A stretch of 64,000 bases of DNA, taken from Rebecca billardiae RCC1528 (Eukaryota; Protista; Haptophyta). Under the pieces are notes generated by a model. That model ran no database searches. It saw nothing but the letters and a program-made list of their open reading frames with translations, and had not been told where the DNA came from. A program made the position numbers and the translations under genes. The stretch is taken from NCBI GenBank assembly GCA_965240325.2, contig OZ251249.1:682001-746000 (forward strand), written 5' to 3'. Shown one piece after another: positions 54,701-64,000 of the stretch (position 1 is its first letter; the number at the start of each line of letters is the position of its first letter).

Positions 54701-55618
54701 TCAGAGCCGGTGGTGCACAGGTCGCCGTCCGCCCGTCCGTCGCGAAGCGCTCACGAGCCTCAGCTGTCGCTCGACGTCGCGCAGCGCGGGCGGCACCTGG
54801 TCAGCGCTGCTGCGCGGGTCGTCGGCGACGTCGTACCGCATGGTGAGGATCGCGCGCGCGCCCGAGTCGTCCGGCACGAGCTGCCGCTCCTCGCTGTGCC
54901 CGTCCGGCCCCTCCTGCAGCCATTTGTGCTTCGCCTCCTCTGAGGGCTCCTGCAGCGTGAAGACGAGAGTCATCACCGCCTCCTTGCTGTAACGGTCGAG
55001 GAAGAAGTAGATGTTGAAGGTGAACGCCGCGGACGCGGCGAGCATGAACCAGAGCGTCCAGGACGTCGACAGGTAGAAGTGGACGCCGATGCACGTGCCA
55101 ACCGTCACGCACGTGATCGCCCCCGTCGCCATGTGCAGCGGTCGGCGCAAGACGGTGAGCATGCGCCTGGGCACCGAGTGGTGCTCGACACGGTGCGAGA
55201 ACTGCAGCGGGAACTTGCACAGCGTGCAGTTTAGCCGCATCTTGTACTCCAGGTCGTGCCGGAGGCACGCGGTGTGCTGCGCTGCGAGCTCGCCGGCGCA
55301 CAGGCACGGCGACGCCACGATCCGCGTCTCCGCGGTCGTCGGCTCGAAGCAATAGAGGCACGGGTGTTCGTCGTCCTCGTCGGCGTCGGCACCGTCTGCT
55401 CGCTGCGCGACGCTTGGTGAGTGCACCGGCTCGCTCTTCGCCGGCGGCGCCGCTTCCAGATCGACAGCATCGTTTGTACCCACCGCGCCTTCGGCCTTCT
55501 CCGTCGGCATTGTTGGGCGTGGAAGTCCTGCTTCGATCATTCGTTCACGACCGCTGAGGTGTTCCTGAGTTCGGTTTGGAAGGTTTGGGTTATGATGAGC
55601 CGTTGCCGGGATATTCAT
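54701..55618 (-). CDS. RING-CH (MARCH-type) membrane E3 ubiquitin ligase; start uncertain
   Basis: CLYC...SPCLCAGELAAQHTACL...CTLCK (C4HC3) followed by two TM helices. Confidence 0.85.
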   Translation of the reverse strand: MNIPATAHHNPNLPNRTQEHLSGRERMIEAGLPRPTMPTEKAEGAVGTNDAVDLEAAPPAKSEPVHSPSVAQRADGADADEDDEHPCLYCFEPTTAETRIVASPCLCAGELAAQHTACLRHDLEYKMRLNCTLCKFPLQFSHRVEHHSVPRRMLTVLRRPLHMATGAITCVTVGTCIGVHFYLSTSWTLWFMLAASAAFTFNIYFFLDRYSKEAVMTLVFTLQEPSEEAKHKWLQEGPDGHSEERQLVPDDSGARAILTMRYDVADDPRSSADQVPPALRDVERQLRLVSASRRTGGRRPVHHRL

Positions 55619-55885
55619 CGCGTTTTAGGCAAAATGACCGGAAAGGGCATTGAGAACTCTGCAGGCGAACATCATCGACAACGGATTGACAACCGAAGTG
55701 CCCAAGCTGTCCACCGGCGGAGCACTGCAGCGGGTCCACTCTGCGATGCAGGCCCGCTCTGCACCGCCGATGCGAACGTTGTTGCAGCAAGTAGCAACGC
55801 GCTGCGGCTCAGAACACGATGCCGTGCGGCTCCCATATCGGCGCTTACCCGCACGCCGCCGCCCGCCCCCCCCGCGCGCGGGCCC

Positions 55886-57913
55886 TCAGCTGATCACCGC
55901 CGTCGCCGCGCCGCGCCCGCCGCCGAGCGTCGCGCCCGACGACTGCCACTCGCGCCGGCCGCTCGGCGCGTGGTTCTTCAGGTCCTCCTCCATCGCGGCC
56001 GTCTTGGACTGGAGCTGCTTGGCCTCGAGCTTGGAGAGCGGCTTGAGCTTGAACGCGCGCTCCTCCTTCTCGCACAGCGTGCGCAGCTCGAAGTAGTACG
56101 ACGCGTACAGCTTCGCCGAGATACTCACATTATACTCAATCAGCTCGAGGTAGCGCTTCTCCATGGATGAGAGCTCGGCAACCGAGTAGGGCGACACCAC
56201 CTGCGCAAAGTCGGCGTTGAGCAGCGAGGCGTCGTCCACGACCTGGCGGCGCAGCGCGCGCAAGGGGGGTGGCGTGCACGGGCCGCGCGGGACGGGCGGG
56301 GGGCGCGGGATCAGCGCCGACACGTGACGGCCGCCCAGAGCCCGGGCCGGCGGCGGCGCCGCGCTGTCAGCGGCACGAGCGCCGAGCTGCATGGCGCAGG
56401 CTGGCTCGGCGCGCGACGACGCAGCGAGGCCCCGCACCTTCTGCGCGACGAGGAGCGAGGCCACCAGGATCGGCTGCCAGTTGCTCGTGAGCAGCGCCAG
56501 GCTCGCCAGCGTGCGCAGCCGCTCGACGTACAGAAGGGAGACGATGAGACACTCGGACGAGAGCTCGGCGCGCTCATGAATGGCCTTGACGGCGCTGGCA
56601 AGAGCCGGCGCGGCGCGTGCCGGGCGCGCGGCCGTCCGGGTGGGCGGGGTGGGGAGGGAGCGGCGAGGCGGGTTGGTCGACTGGTGCTTCGGCGCGAGGG
56701 CGGGCGTGGGTGCACACCGCCGTGGCGGTGCCGCCTCAACAGCGCGCACACGGGCTGGCCCACCGGCCGTGGCGCGCGTGGCGGGCAAGGCCGGGCGCGG
56801 CGCAGAGCGCGGCCGCAGGCAGCACGGCAGGGGGCAGCGGAGCGCAGGGCGGCACGCTGGCCGCACAGCAGCGGGGTACGCGAGAGCAGGGCGGCAGAGC
56901 AGCACAGGGCGCAGCGCCGCAACGGCGGAGGGCGCGCGGCAGTAGCGGCATGGGCGCAGCGCAGCAGCGGCATGGGCGCAGCGCAGCCGCGGCGGAAGGC
57001 GCGCGGCAGCAGCAGCACAGGGCGCAGCGCAGCCGCAGCGGCGGAGCGAGGCCCTCTCACCGGAAAATGTCATCCACAGTCAGCTCGGGCCCGCCCTCCT
57101 CGCCCGGCGCGGGAGCGAGCGGCGCTTCCTCCGCCTCCGCCGCCGCCGGGCTCCCCGCCCCGCCACCCGCCCCGCCCACCGCCGCGCCCTCGTCGCTCTC
57201 AGGCCTGAGCACATCCAGCGCGCGGCTCACGCCGCCGAGCGGGTTGCGCTGGTAGTCTGTCGGCGGGCTGAGCTCGGCCGCCTCCTCGCCCTCGGAGATG
57301 CGGTCGTGCAGCACGATGGCGACGCAGAAGACGATCTCCGAGACGTCGGGCTTGATGATCGTCGAGTCGATGTACAGCGAGGACGTCGAGTTGAATTTCG
57401 ATTTGGGCTTATTCACGTACTGCGCGGCGGCGGCAGCCTTGACTGACGGCGCCGCCGACGCGATGCCGAGCGAGCGCGTGTTGGGCGGCGGCGACATGAT
57501 CGTGTCCGCCGCCTCGTCGGCGTAGTCCTCCTCGTCGTCCTACCACCCCGGGGCGCGCAAGCCGGCGCGATCCGCGCAGGGCGAGGGCGGCGCGTGATGA
57601 GCGCGCGCGCGCGCATGTGTGACGGGGCGGCGCAGCACGGGCGGTGGGCTGGCCGGCAGTGCGGGCGCGCGCGAGAGCGGCGGCGCACATCCACGCTCAT
57701 CTCCGCGAGCTGCTTCGCCACGTCGGCCTTCGCCAGCATGATGCGTCGCACGTGGCCCGGCACCGTCACGCCCACCGCCTTGAGCTTCTCCTCGTCCAGG
57801 CCGTGCACCTGCTTGAGCGTGCGCACGTCCGCGCTCGCAAAGACCGGGACGTACTTGGCCATGCCGATCGAGGCGAGCCACTTGTCCACGGGGTTTTCGT
57901 CGGTGCTCGCCAT
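55886..57913 (-). CDS. CCNY: SAM domain fused to a cyclin Y-like cyclin; exons 57689-57913, 57061-57539, 56438-56594, 55886-56242; ~405 aa
   Basis: SAM VDKWLASIGMAKYVPVF...GVTVPGHVRRIM. Cyclin-Y features NSTSSLYIDSTI, ECLIVSLLYVERL, NWQPIL..SLLVAQK|VVDD..LNADF, YASYYFELR. Three phase-compatible GT-AG introns. Confidence 0.88.
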
Positions 57914-58430
57914 CTGGCCGGTGCCCGCCGCGTGCGCGCGCGGGCTCGCTCGTGCGCGGTCGCCGTGCGGAAGCGCTCCGGACGGCTGCTTGATGGGTGG
58001 CGCGGCGTCCACGCCCTGTGCGGCCTCTCGATCGAGCTGAGAACCGTGGCAGCTCCGCCACATTTTCGTGCGTCCGGGAACAGTCCGGGAAAAGGCCTGC
58101 GAGACAGCCGCAGACAAGTAGCCAGGCAAGCCAGCCCCTTCCGTTTGGCCCGAGCGCGCCGAGCGAGCCCGGGCCAAGCGGAAGGGCCGGGGATGCACAG
58201 GAACGTCTGTACGTCAGTACGTGCTCCGCGGGCCTCGGCATCGCGGACACTCACAACCGGCAAGCAATGATCAGCCTGGCCTGCCCGTGCATTGCTGGCG
58301 GGGCTCGCGATGAGCAGTAGTCGTGCCGCTTCTTTGTAATTGTAGCCCCTACTAGCTACGCTATGAGACTGCGCCGTGCGCGCCGCGGGCGCGGGGCGCG
58401 CCCTGCGGCGCCGGCTGCGGCGCTGCGCGC

Positions 58431-58817
58431 TCAGTAGGTTGGCCTGCGGGCGCCGATGCTCGGCACCTCTGTGACAGCGGCAGTAGCAGCGTAGTGTTTC
58501 GTCTGAGTGGCAAGCTCGCGGGCCGGGCTGTTTGCCACAGTCGTCGCCCGTCCGTCCAGCTTCGAAGCGTCAGTCACAGGCAGCAGCAGGGCGTCGCGGG
58601 GCCTGACGCTGTCCCGCTTGCTGCTGCTGCCGCAGGCGTGTGTCGTGGGCGTGACGCGTTCGCGGGAGGGCCAGCCGGCGAGCGGGGCGCGGGGCTCCTT
58701 CGCCTTTGTGCCCGTCGGCGGCGGCGCGTCCGCGGGTGGGCTCGGGTTCGGCAGCAGCGTGGCCAGCGTCGGCGGCACATCGACAGCGGCGCAGCTCGCG
58801 CTGTTCTCAATTTCCAT
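58431..58817 (-). CDS. Possible small hypothetical protein (128 aa)
   Basis: ATG-initiated ORF with non-shadow composition between two genes. No recognisable motif. Confidence 0.25.
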   Translation of the reverse strand: MEIENSASCAAVDVPPTLATLLPNPSPPADAPPPTGTKAKEPRAPLAGWPSRERVTPTTHACGSSSKRDSVRPRDALLLPVTDASKLDGRATTVANSPARELATQTKHYAATAAVTEVPSIGARRPTY

Positions 58818-58895
58818 CCGGGTTCGTCCGGGGTCCCAGGATGGCGGCGACTACGGTCGCTCGACCGGTGGCCTGATGTTGCGATAACATCAGCG

Positions 58896-60909
58896 ATGGC
58901 TGCAGCTGGCGTAGCGCCGGCGCGTGCGCGGTGCCTCGCGACGAGCTCGACGATGAGCGTGGTGCTCTCCGGCCTGGGCCTGCTCACGGACACGTACGAC
59001 CTGCAGGTGATCAACCTCGCGCGCCCGTTCATCGCCGAGGCGCACGCGATGCGGCCCGCGGACGAGGCGATGATCACGAGCGCGGCGATCGTCGGCGCGA
59101 TCTCCGGCATGGTCGCGTTCGGCGCGCTGGCGGACCGGCTCGGCCGCCGCGCCATCTTCATCACGACGGCGGTGCTCACCACCGCCGGCGCGTTTGGCGC
59201 CGCGTGCGCCGCGCCGACTCGCTTCTGCTCGCTGTTCCAGACGCTCGCGCTCTGCCGCTTCGTGATGGGCATGGGCATCGGCGGGGAGTACCCGCTCTCC
59301 GCGGCGAACACGGCGGAGCACTCGCACGCGCGCGGCGGGCGGCAGCTCGCGCTCACCTTCTCGATGATGGGCTGGGGCGGGCTGCTCGCGCCCTGCGTGT
59401 TCATGGCTCTGAAGCCGGCGCGGCTGAGCGCAGGACTCACCTGGCGCCTCGGCTTCGCGTTCGGCGGGCTGCTCTCGCTCGTCGGCGTGGCGCTGCGCGT
59501 GCTGCTGCTCGCGGAGTCGAGCCGTTTCGTCGAGGCGCGCAGGCTCGCGGAGGCGACGCGCGAGCTCGACGTGCGCCTCGGGCTGGCGCCGCGCGTGCAC
59601 TCGCCCCTCTCGATCGCGTGCGGCCGCGCGCGAGCGGTGTGCGCGTACGCGCGGCCGCTGCTCGGTGCGTCGCTCTGCTGGGCGCTCTTCGACGTGTACG
59701 AGTACGGGCTGAACATGTACACGTCCGACATCGCGGCCGAGGTGTTCCAACAGGACTCCGCCGGACCGATGGACCCGGTGGTGCGCGCGCACGCGTGCGC
59801 GCGCCCGCCCCGCATGCGCGCGCTCGCTGGTGCCACTCTCGCGCGCGCGCGCCCCGCATACGCGGTGCGCGCGCGCGCGCTCGCGTGTCTGCTCATCCCA
59901 CCGAGCCCACGCCGCTGGTGCGCGCGCGCGCGGATCGGCGCAGCTGGTTGTGTTCCTGCTGCGGCTGATGACGCTCCCGGGCTACTTCCTCGGCGTGCTG
60001 CTGATCGGCGGTGTGCTCGGTCGGCGGCGCACGCTCAGCTGTGGGTTCAGCGCGATGGGTGTTTGCCTGTGCGCGCTCGGAGGGCTCTGGAAGTACCTCG
60101 GGTCTCACGGAGGGGCCTTCATGGCGCTGTTCGGGCTGAGCCAGGTGTGCAACTACGCGGGCGCGGCGGTGGCGACGTACGTGATCGCAGCCGAGCTCTT
60201 TCCCTCCGAGATGCGCGCCACCTGTCACGGCACCGCCGCCGCCTCTGGCAAGCTAGGCGCTGTCGTGGGCTCCGCGGCCTTCCCCCTCCTCGCGGCCTCC
60301 AACGGCCTGGCCTCCGTCTTCTGGGCGTGCGCGGTGGTGTGCGCGCTCGGCCTGCTCGCCTCGGAGCTGCTGCTCCCCGAGTACGACGATGCGGCCGCGC
60401 TCGAGGTCGACGCCGCGCACGCGCGCGGCGAGCTGCATGCTCTGCTGTACGGCGCGCGCGCGACGCTGTTGTTTGCGGGGCGTGCGCACGGTGGCGGCGG
60501 CGGCGCTGGCGGCGGCGGCGCGGCCGGCAGTGCCGCGGGTGGCGAGCACCACAAGGTGCGATGGGCTGGGCGAGGTGGCGAGGGCGATGGTGTCGAGATG
60601 GCGATGGGCTCGGCGCTTCTCGGCCCCGACGCCGTCTCCAGCTCGGCCCCCGACGCCGACGCCTCGCCCACGCCAGCAGCCATGCGCGCCGAGTCGCAGT
60701 CGCGCGGCGCACTGCCACCGCCGGCACCGGCGGCCTTCATGGGGCCCCTGGTGTCAGGGATCGGGCCGCTGGGAGGGGCGCTCGTGCCGACGCGCGAGTC
60801 GCTGCCGCAGGTGGCGTGCGCGCTGGCCTTTGTGTGCACGTGCGCCGCGGGCGGCGTGCTCGGCTACTACTACGGATACCACCACCGGTTGCTGCCCGCA
60901 GGCTCGTAG
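58896..60909 (+). CDS. MFS phosphate:H+ symporter, PHT1/PHO84 family; exons 58896-59780, 59944-60909; ~616 aa
   Basis: GLLTDTYDL, FGALADRLGRR, RFVMGMGIGGEYPLSA, AELFPSEMRATCHGTAAASGKLGA. GT-AG intron at about 59781-59943. Confidence 0.92.
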
Positions 60910-61114
60910 CAGTCGTAGCCACGGGCGGACTACGCGCGGCTGAATGACTCGCGTCTCCACTGTGACTGAGTTCGCCAGAGCCGTCAGGAGCAGCCGCTAT
61001 TGCGCGTGCTGAGTATACTACTACTGCTTGGCGGTGTGCTGACGAGAGTACTTGCTTAGTAAATCTTGACGTGATCGAAGTTGATCACGAATCGATGGCG
61101 GGCGGCGGGCCACG

Positions 61115-62416
61115 ATGGCGCCGATGAATGCCTCCACGACATGCCCGCCGTGGGGCGCGCTCATGGGTGAGCTCGGCGCGGCGCGTCGGTCCGCGGAAGC
61201 CTCGCGGCTCCCCGCCGCCGCGGTGTGCCTCACGGGCCAGCTCCGCCTGTGGATGATCACCTTCCCCATCCTCGCCCGCCATTTTCTGCTGCCGCTCGCC
61301 GCGCACCGGCGGCTCGACTTCTTCTGGGTCGGGCCGGCGGACGCGTCGTACGAGCACGGGCTGCCGTGGCTGCGCGAGCTGCCCGGGCTGGTCCACACCG
61401 TGCCGTACGACACGCGCGTGCGCGTGCTCGACACGCGCCGCAAGCCCGCCGCGGAGCTCGTCGCGTCCGCGCGCGGCGGGCAGCCGAGCGCTGTCCTGCA
61501 CACGAAGGCATACGGCTGCGTGCTCAAGGACCGGCTGACGTCCTTCCTGCTGCAGGCGCTGCAGGCGAGCACGTGCGCGTCACTCGTCGGGCTCGCGCCG
61601 TCCGACGCGCCCGAACGCGCGCCCCACACCGGCGCCTTGCCGCCGCAAGTGCCCGCGGCGTCGCGGCGGCGGGCGGGCGGTGGCGCAGCCGGCGCGGGCG
61701 CCGACAGCCGCGCGTCGTACTCGGAAGTATTGCGCGCGCGCGCAGACATGGCGTTCCTGCGGCCCGTGCCGGTGCGCGCGGTGCTCGACGCGCTCGGCCC
61801 GACGGATGTGAGCGCGCTCGCGCCCAGCTGCGGCAGCGGCCGTCTCGGCCGGCCGCACGACTTTGCGCTCTTCGGCGCGCGCGACGGCATGCGCGCCGCG
61901 CTGCGGTACCTTGAGCGGCTCACCCCGCGCACCTTTGACGCCAAGTGCGAGCGCAGGCTCAAGACGTGCTCGCCGGGCGCGTGCACGTGCGCGCGGCTGG
62001 GCGAGGTGCTGCGCACGCCGCCGCCCGTGGGCAACGTGCGCGGCAGCGTCGCCGAGCGCTGCTACTTTTTGGCCCAGGAGTACCCGGAGCCGGACTTTTT
62101 GGCCCAGGAGTACCCGGAGCCGGAGCCGGACGCTCCGCGGTCCGGGGACTCCGGCTCCGTGCCGTGGGCCTCGGCGGGCGGCGCGGCGGGCCTGGCGCAC
62201 GGGCGGCTGAGCGTCGGCCGGCTTGCCACGCAGGGGGGCGTCCCAGAGGCGGCGCGCGTGGCCACCGAGTGCCTCGGGCTGCGCGAGGCGGCGTGGCGGC
62301 ACTACACGAGCGCGTGCGCGGACAGGGGCAGCAAGGACGGCAACTTCTCCGTCGCAGACACACCGTGGGACGGCGCACGCGGCCCACGCGCCGCAGTCCT
62401 CGGCGTGGTCCGATGA
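61115..62416 (+). CDS. Putative glycosyltransferase-like hypothetical protein, 433 aa, intronless
   Basis: AVCLTGQLR ... YSEVLRARADM ... HDFALFG follows the AxCxSGxxR / YDxVxRxRxD / NDxFAxG pattern of an uncharacterised GT-like family. Confidence 0.62.
   Translation: MAPMNASTTCPPWGALMGELGAARRSAEASRLPAAAVCLTGQLRLWMITFPILARHFLLPLAAHRRLDFFWVGPADASYEHGLPWLRELPGLVHTVPYDTRVRVLDTRRKPAAELVASARGGQPSAVLHTKAYGCVLKDRLTSFLLQALQASTCASLVGLAPSDAPERAPHTGALPPQVPAASRRRAGGGAAGAGADSRASYSEVLRARADMAFLRPVPVRAVLDALGPTDVSALAPSCGSGRLGRPHDFALFGARDGMRAALRYLERLTPRTFDAKCERRLKTCSPGACTCARLGEVLRTPPPVGNVRGSVAERCYFLAQEYPEPDFLAQEYPEPEPDAPRSGDSGSVPWASAGGAAGLAHGRLSVGRLATQGGVPEAARVATECLGLREAAWRHYTSACADRGSKDGNFSVADTPWDGARGPRAAVLGVVR
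62064..62123 (+). repeat. Perfect 30-bp in-frame tandem duplication (FLAQEYPEPD/E x2)
   Basis: ACTTTTTGGCCCAGGAGTACCCGGAGCCGG occurs twice in tandem. Confidence 0.97.
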
Positions 62417-62735
62417 CAGCGTCGTCGGCATTGAGATTGATGTGATGATGAATCGTCACCATGATGAACGATTGCGTGCTATACTGCTGATCGAGTGATC
62501 GCGTGCGATGCGGATGCCGACCACTGTGACTTCGGGGAGTTCGTGTCGTGTTTGATGTGAGATGTCAGTCTGGTCAATGTTGAATGTGGTCGCAGCGTCG
62601 TTAATGACGACGAATACCGGCGACAGTTGGCGTCAATCAGCCCAGAGCGGTAAACTGTACTACGTACTAATGCATTATTGTGCCAAGTGATGACGATGAT
62701 GATACTACTAGCAGTCTACTACTCATCATCAGGAG

Positions 62736-64000
62736 ATGCGGACGACGTATCGCTTCGTCAGCCGCGACGAGATGGCTACAGCCTGCTTGTGCGCCGCCGC
62801 CACCGTGTGGCTGCAGGTGGCGGCCGCACCGCTCGGACGACGCGTCCACCCGCAGGAGCTGGCGCCACCGGGCGAGTTGCGCGCGGTCGTGCACATAGGC
62901 CCGCAGAAGACGGCGTCCACAGCGTTGCAGCGCGCGCTGATCGGTTCGGCCGGCGGTGGGCGGCTGCGCATGATCACGCGCCACGTTGACCACTTCGACG
63001 TGCCATCCAGGCTCCCGGGGCGCTGGGGAGGGCAGATGAACCACGGCAACCTGGCGGCTGCAATCAGGCAGCCCAACGGCTCGGCGCTCCTGGGCGACCG
63101 CCAGGCGCAGGCCGTCCTTCGCGTGCTGCGCGAGCACGTGTCGCGAGCGCGCGACGCGCGGCACCACCTGCTCCTCTCGAGCGAGCTCTTCTCGAGCGCC
63201 GACGCGCGGCCCGAGCTGCTCGTCGGCGCGCTGCTCCCTACGCACGCCGTGCACGTCGTCCTCGTCTACAGGCGCTTCTTCGACTGGGCGGTGAGCATGC
63301 ACTTCCAGCGCTTTCGAGACGTGCGGCAGAGCCCGAAGCAGGCGGACCCGAGCCGGCGCGTGCTGTGGCGCCGGGCGCACCAGCACGTGCCGCTCGTCGG
63401 CTACCTCTCGCGGCTGCTCGGCGACGCCGACTCTGCCGATCGGGGCCACTGGGCCGGCACCGCGTACGACATGTGGTCCGGCGCAGCGCCCGGCGCGCGC
63501 GTGCTCGTCGTCGATTTCCACGAGAACACGCGCGCGCCGCTGCTCACGCGTTTCGTGTGCGAGGCGATGCGCGCGCGCTCGGGGTGCGCGTGGCTCACGC
63601 GCTCGAAGAACGGCGCGAAGCTTGCCTCGGAGCGGCGCAACGAGGCCTGGTCGGGGACGCCCATGCCCGTCGTCGACGTCGTCTCCGCCGCGGTCGTCGC
63701 GGGCGTCATCCCCGCACAGGTCGCCAACGTGACGGCAAGGCACAGCGCGATGCTGGCCGTTCAGAAGCGGCTGCGCCCAGACGACCACGGCCGGCATCCC
63801 GGCGGCATGCACGGTGACCTGGTGATCCCCCCCGTGTGCCTGGCCGCCGGGGAGCTGGACAGGCTGTGGCGCTTCTCTCTCGCCGAGGAGCGGCGGCTGG
63901 TGCCGCGCGGACACGACGCCACGCGGCTGCGCGCACGCTTTGACGCCGCGGTTGCGGCACGGCTCTTCTGCTCGGCAGACACGGCGGCCGTGCTTGCAAA
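62736..64000 (+). CDS. Sulfotransferase-like P-loop protein, truncated by the window end (absent from the ORF track)
   Basis: Hand translation from ATG 62736/62772 gives the signal-like MATACLCAAATVWLQVAA, then VVHIGPQKTASTALQ, LLLSSELFS and VVLVYRRFFDWAVSMHFQ. The frame appears open to 64000. Confidence 0.8.
   Translation, partial: MRTTYRFVSRDEMATACLCAAATVWLQVAAAPLGRRVHPQELAPPGELRAVVHIGPQKTASTALQRALIGSAGGGRLRMITRHVDHFDVPSRLPGRWGGQMNHGNLAAAIRQPNGSALLGDRQAQAVLRVLREHVSRARDARHHLLLSSELFSSADARPELLVGALLPTHAVHVVLVYRRFFDWAVSMHFQRFRDVRQSPKQADPSRRVLWRRAHQHVPLVGYLSRLLGDADSADRGHWAGTAYDMWSGAAPGARVLVVDFHENTRAPLLTRFVCEAMRARSGCAWLTRSKNGAKLASERRNEAWSGTPMPVVDVVSAAVVAGVIPAQVANVTARHSAMLAVQKRLRPDDHGRHPGGMHGDLVIPPVCLAAGELDRLWRFSLAEERRLVPRGHDATRLRARFDAAVAARLFCSADTAAVLA

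Noticed and set aside
1-64000. Hundreds of long Arg/Ala/Pro-rich ORFs in the six-frame track
   Set aside because: Shadow frames and read-through of stop-poor GC-rich introns. They have no motifs and overlap better-supported spliced genes.
1-64000. Prokaryotic operon, CRISPR array, rRNA or tRNA
   Set aside because: Spliceosomal introns show the DNA is eukaryotic. I saw no repeat-spacer array or recognisable structural RNA, though small ncRNAs cannot be excluded by eye.

Overview
Very GC-rich eukaryotic nuclear DNA. It has spliceosomal GT/GC-AG introns packed with (CG)n runs, degenerate TTAGGG tracts and a bipartite-type plastid presequence. A haptophyte alga such as a Pavlovales member is my inference and is not proven. 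Most ORFs in the track are GC shadow frames. Hand splicing gives about 16 protein genes: GCNA-like SprT protease, trypsin, GT47 exostosin-like protein, TBL/PC-esterase-like protein, a 30-exon ~3,368-aa protein, a 4-exon membrane protein, CHASE hybrid histidine kinase, matrixin, CRTISO-like oxidoreductase, CRAL-TRIO protein, J-domain protein, RING-CH ligase, SAM-cyclin Y, PHT1-type transporter, a putative glycosyltransferase-like protein and a sulfotransferase-like gene truncated by the window end. The giant protein reads C2 / beta-barrel / OmpA-like / C2 / coiled coil / 2xPLAT / FN3 / legume lectin. The 4-19 kb region is accessory. It holds four non-autonomous TIR transposons, some carrying decayed gene fragments, and two of them are ~2 kb copies with (C/T)ACAGT...ACTGTG ends whose inverted repeats co-vary. 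The strongest novelty candidates are the giant membrane-, glycan- and possibly peptidoglycan-binding protein, the matrixin whose catalytic domain is split by a transmembrane hairpin, and the RSS-like co-varying TIR element. All domain calls are by eye from motifs, and no searches were run.
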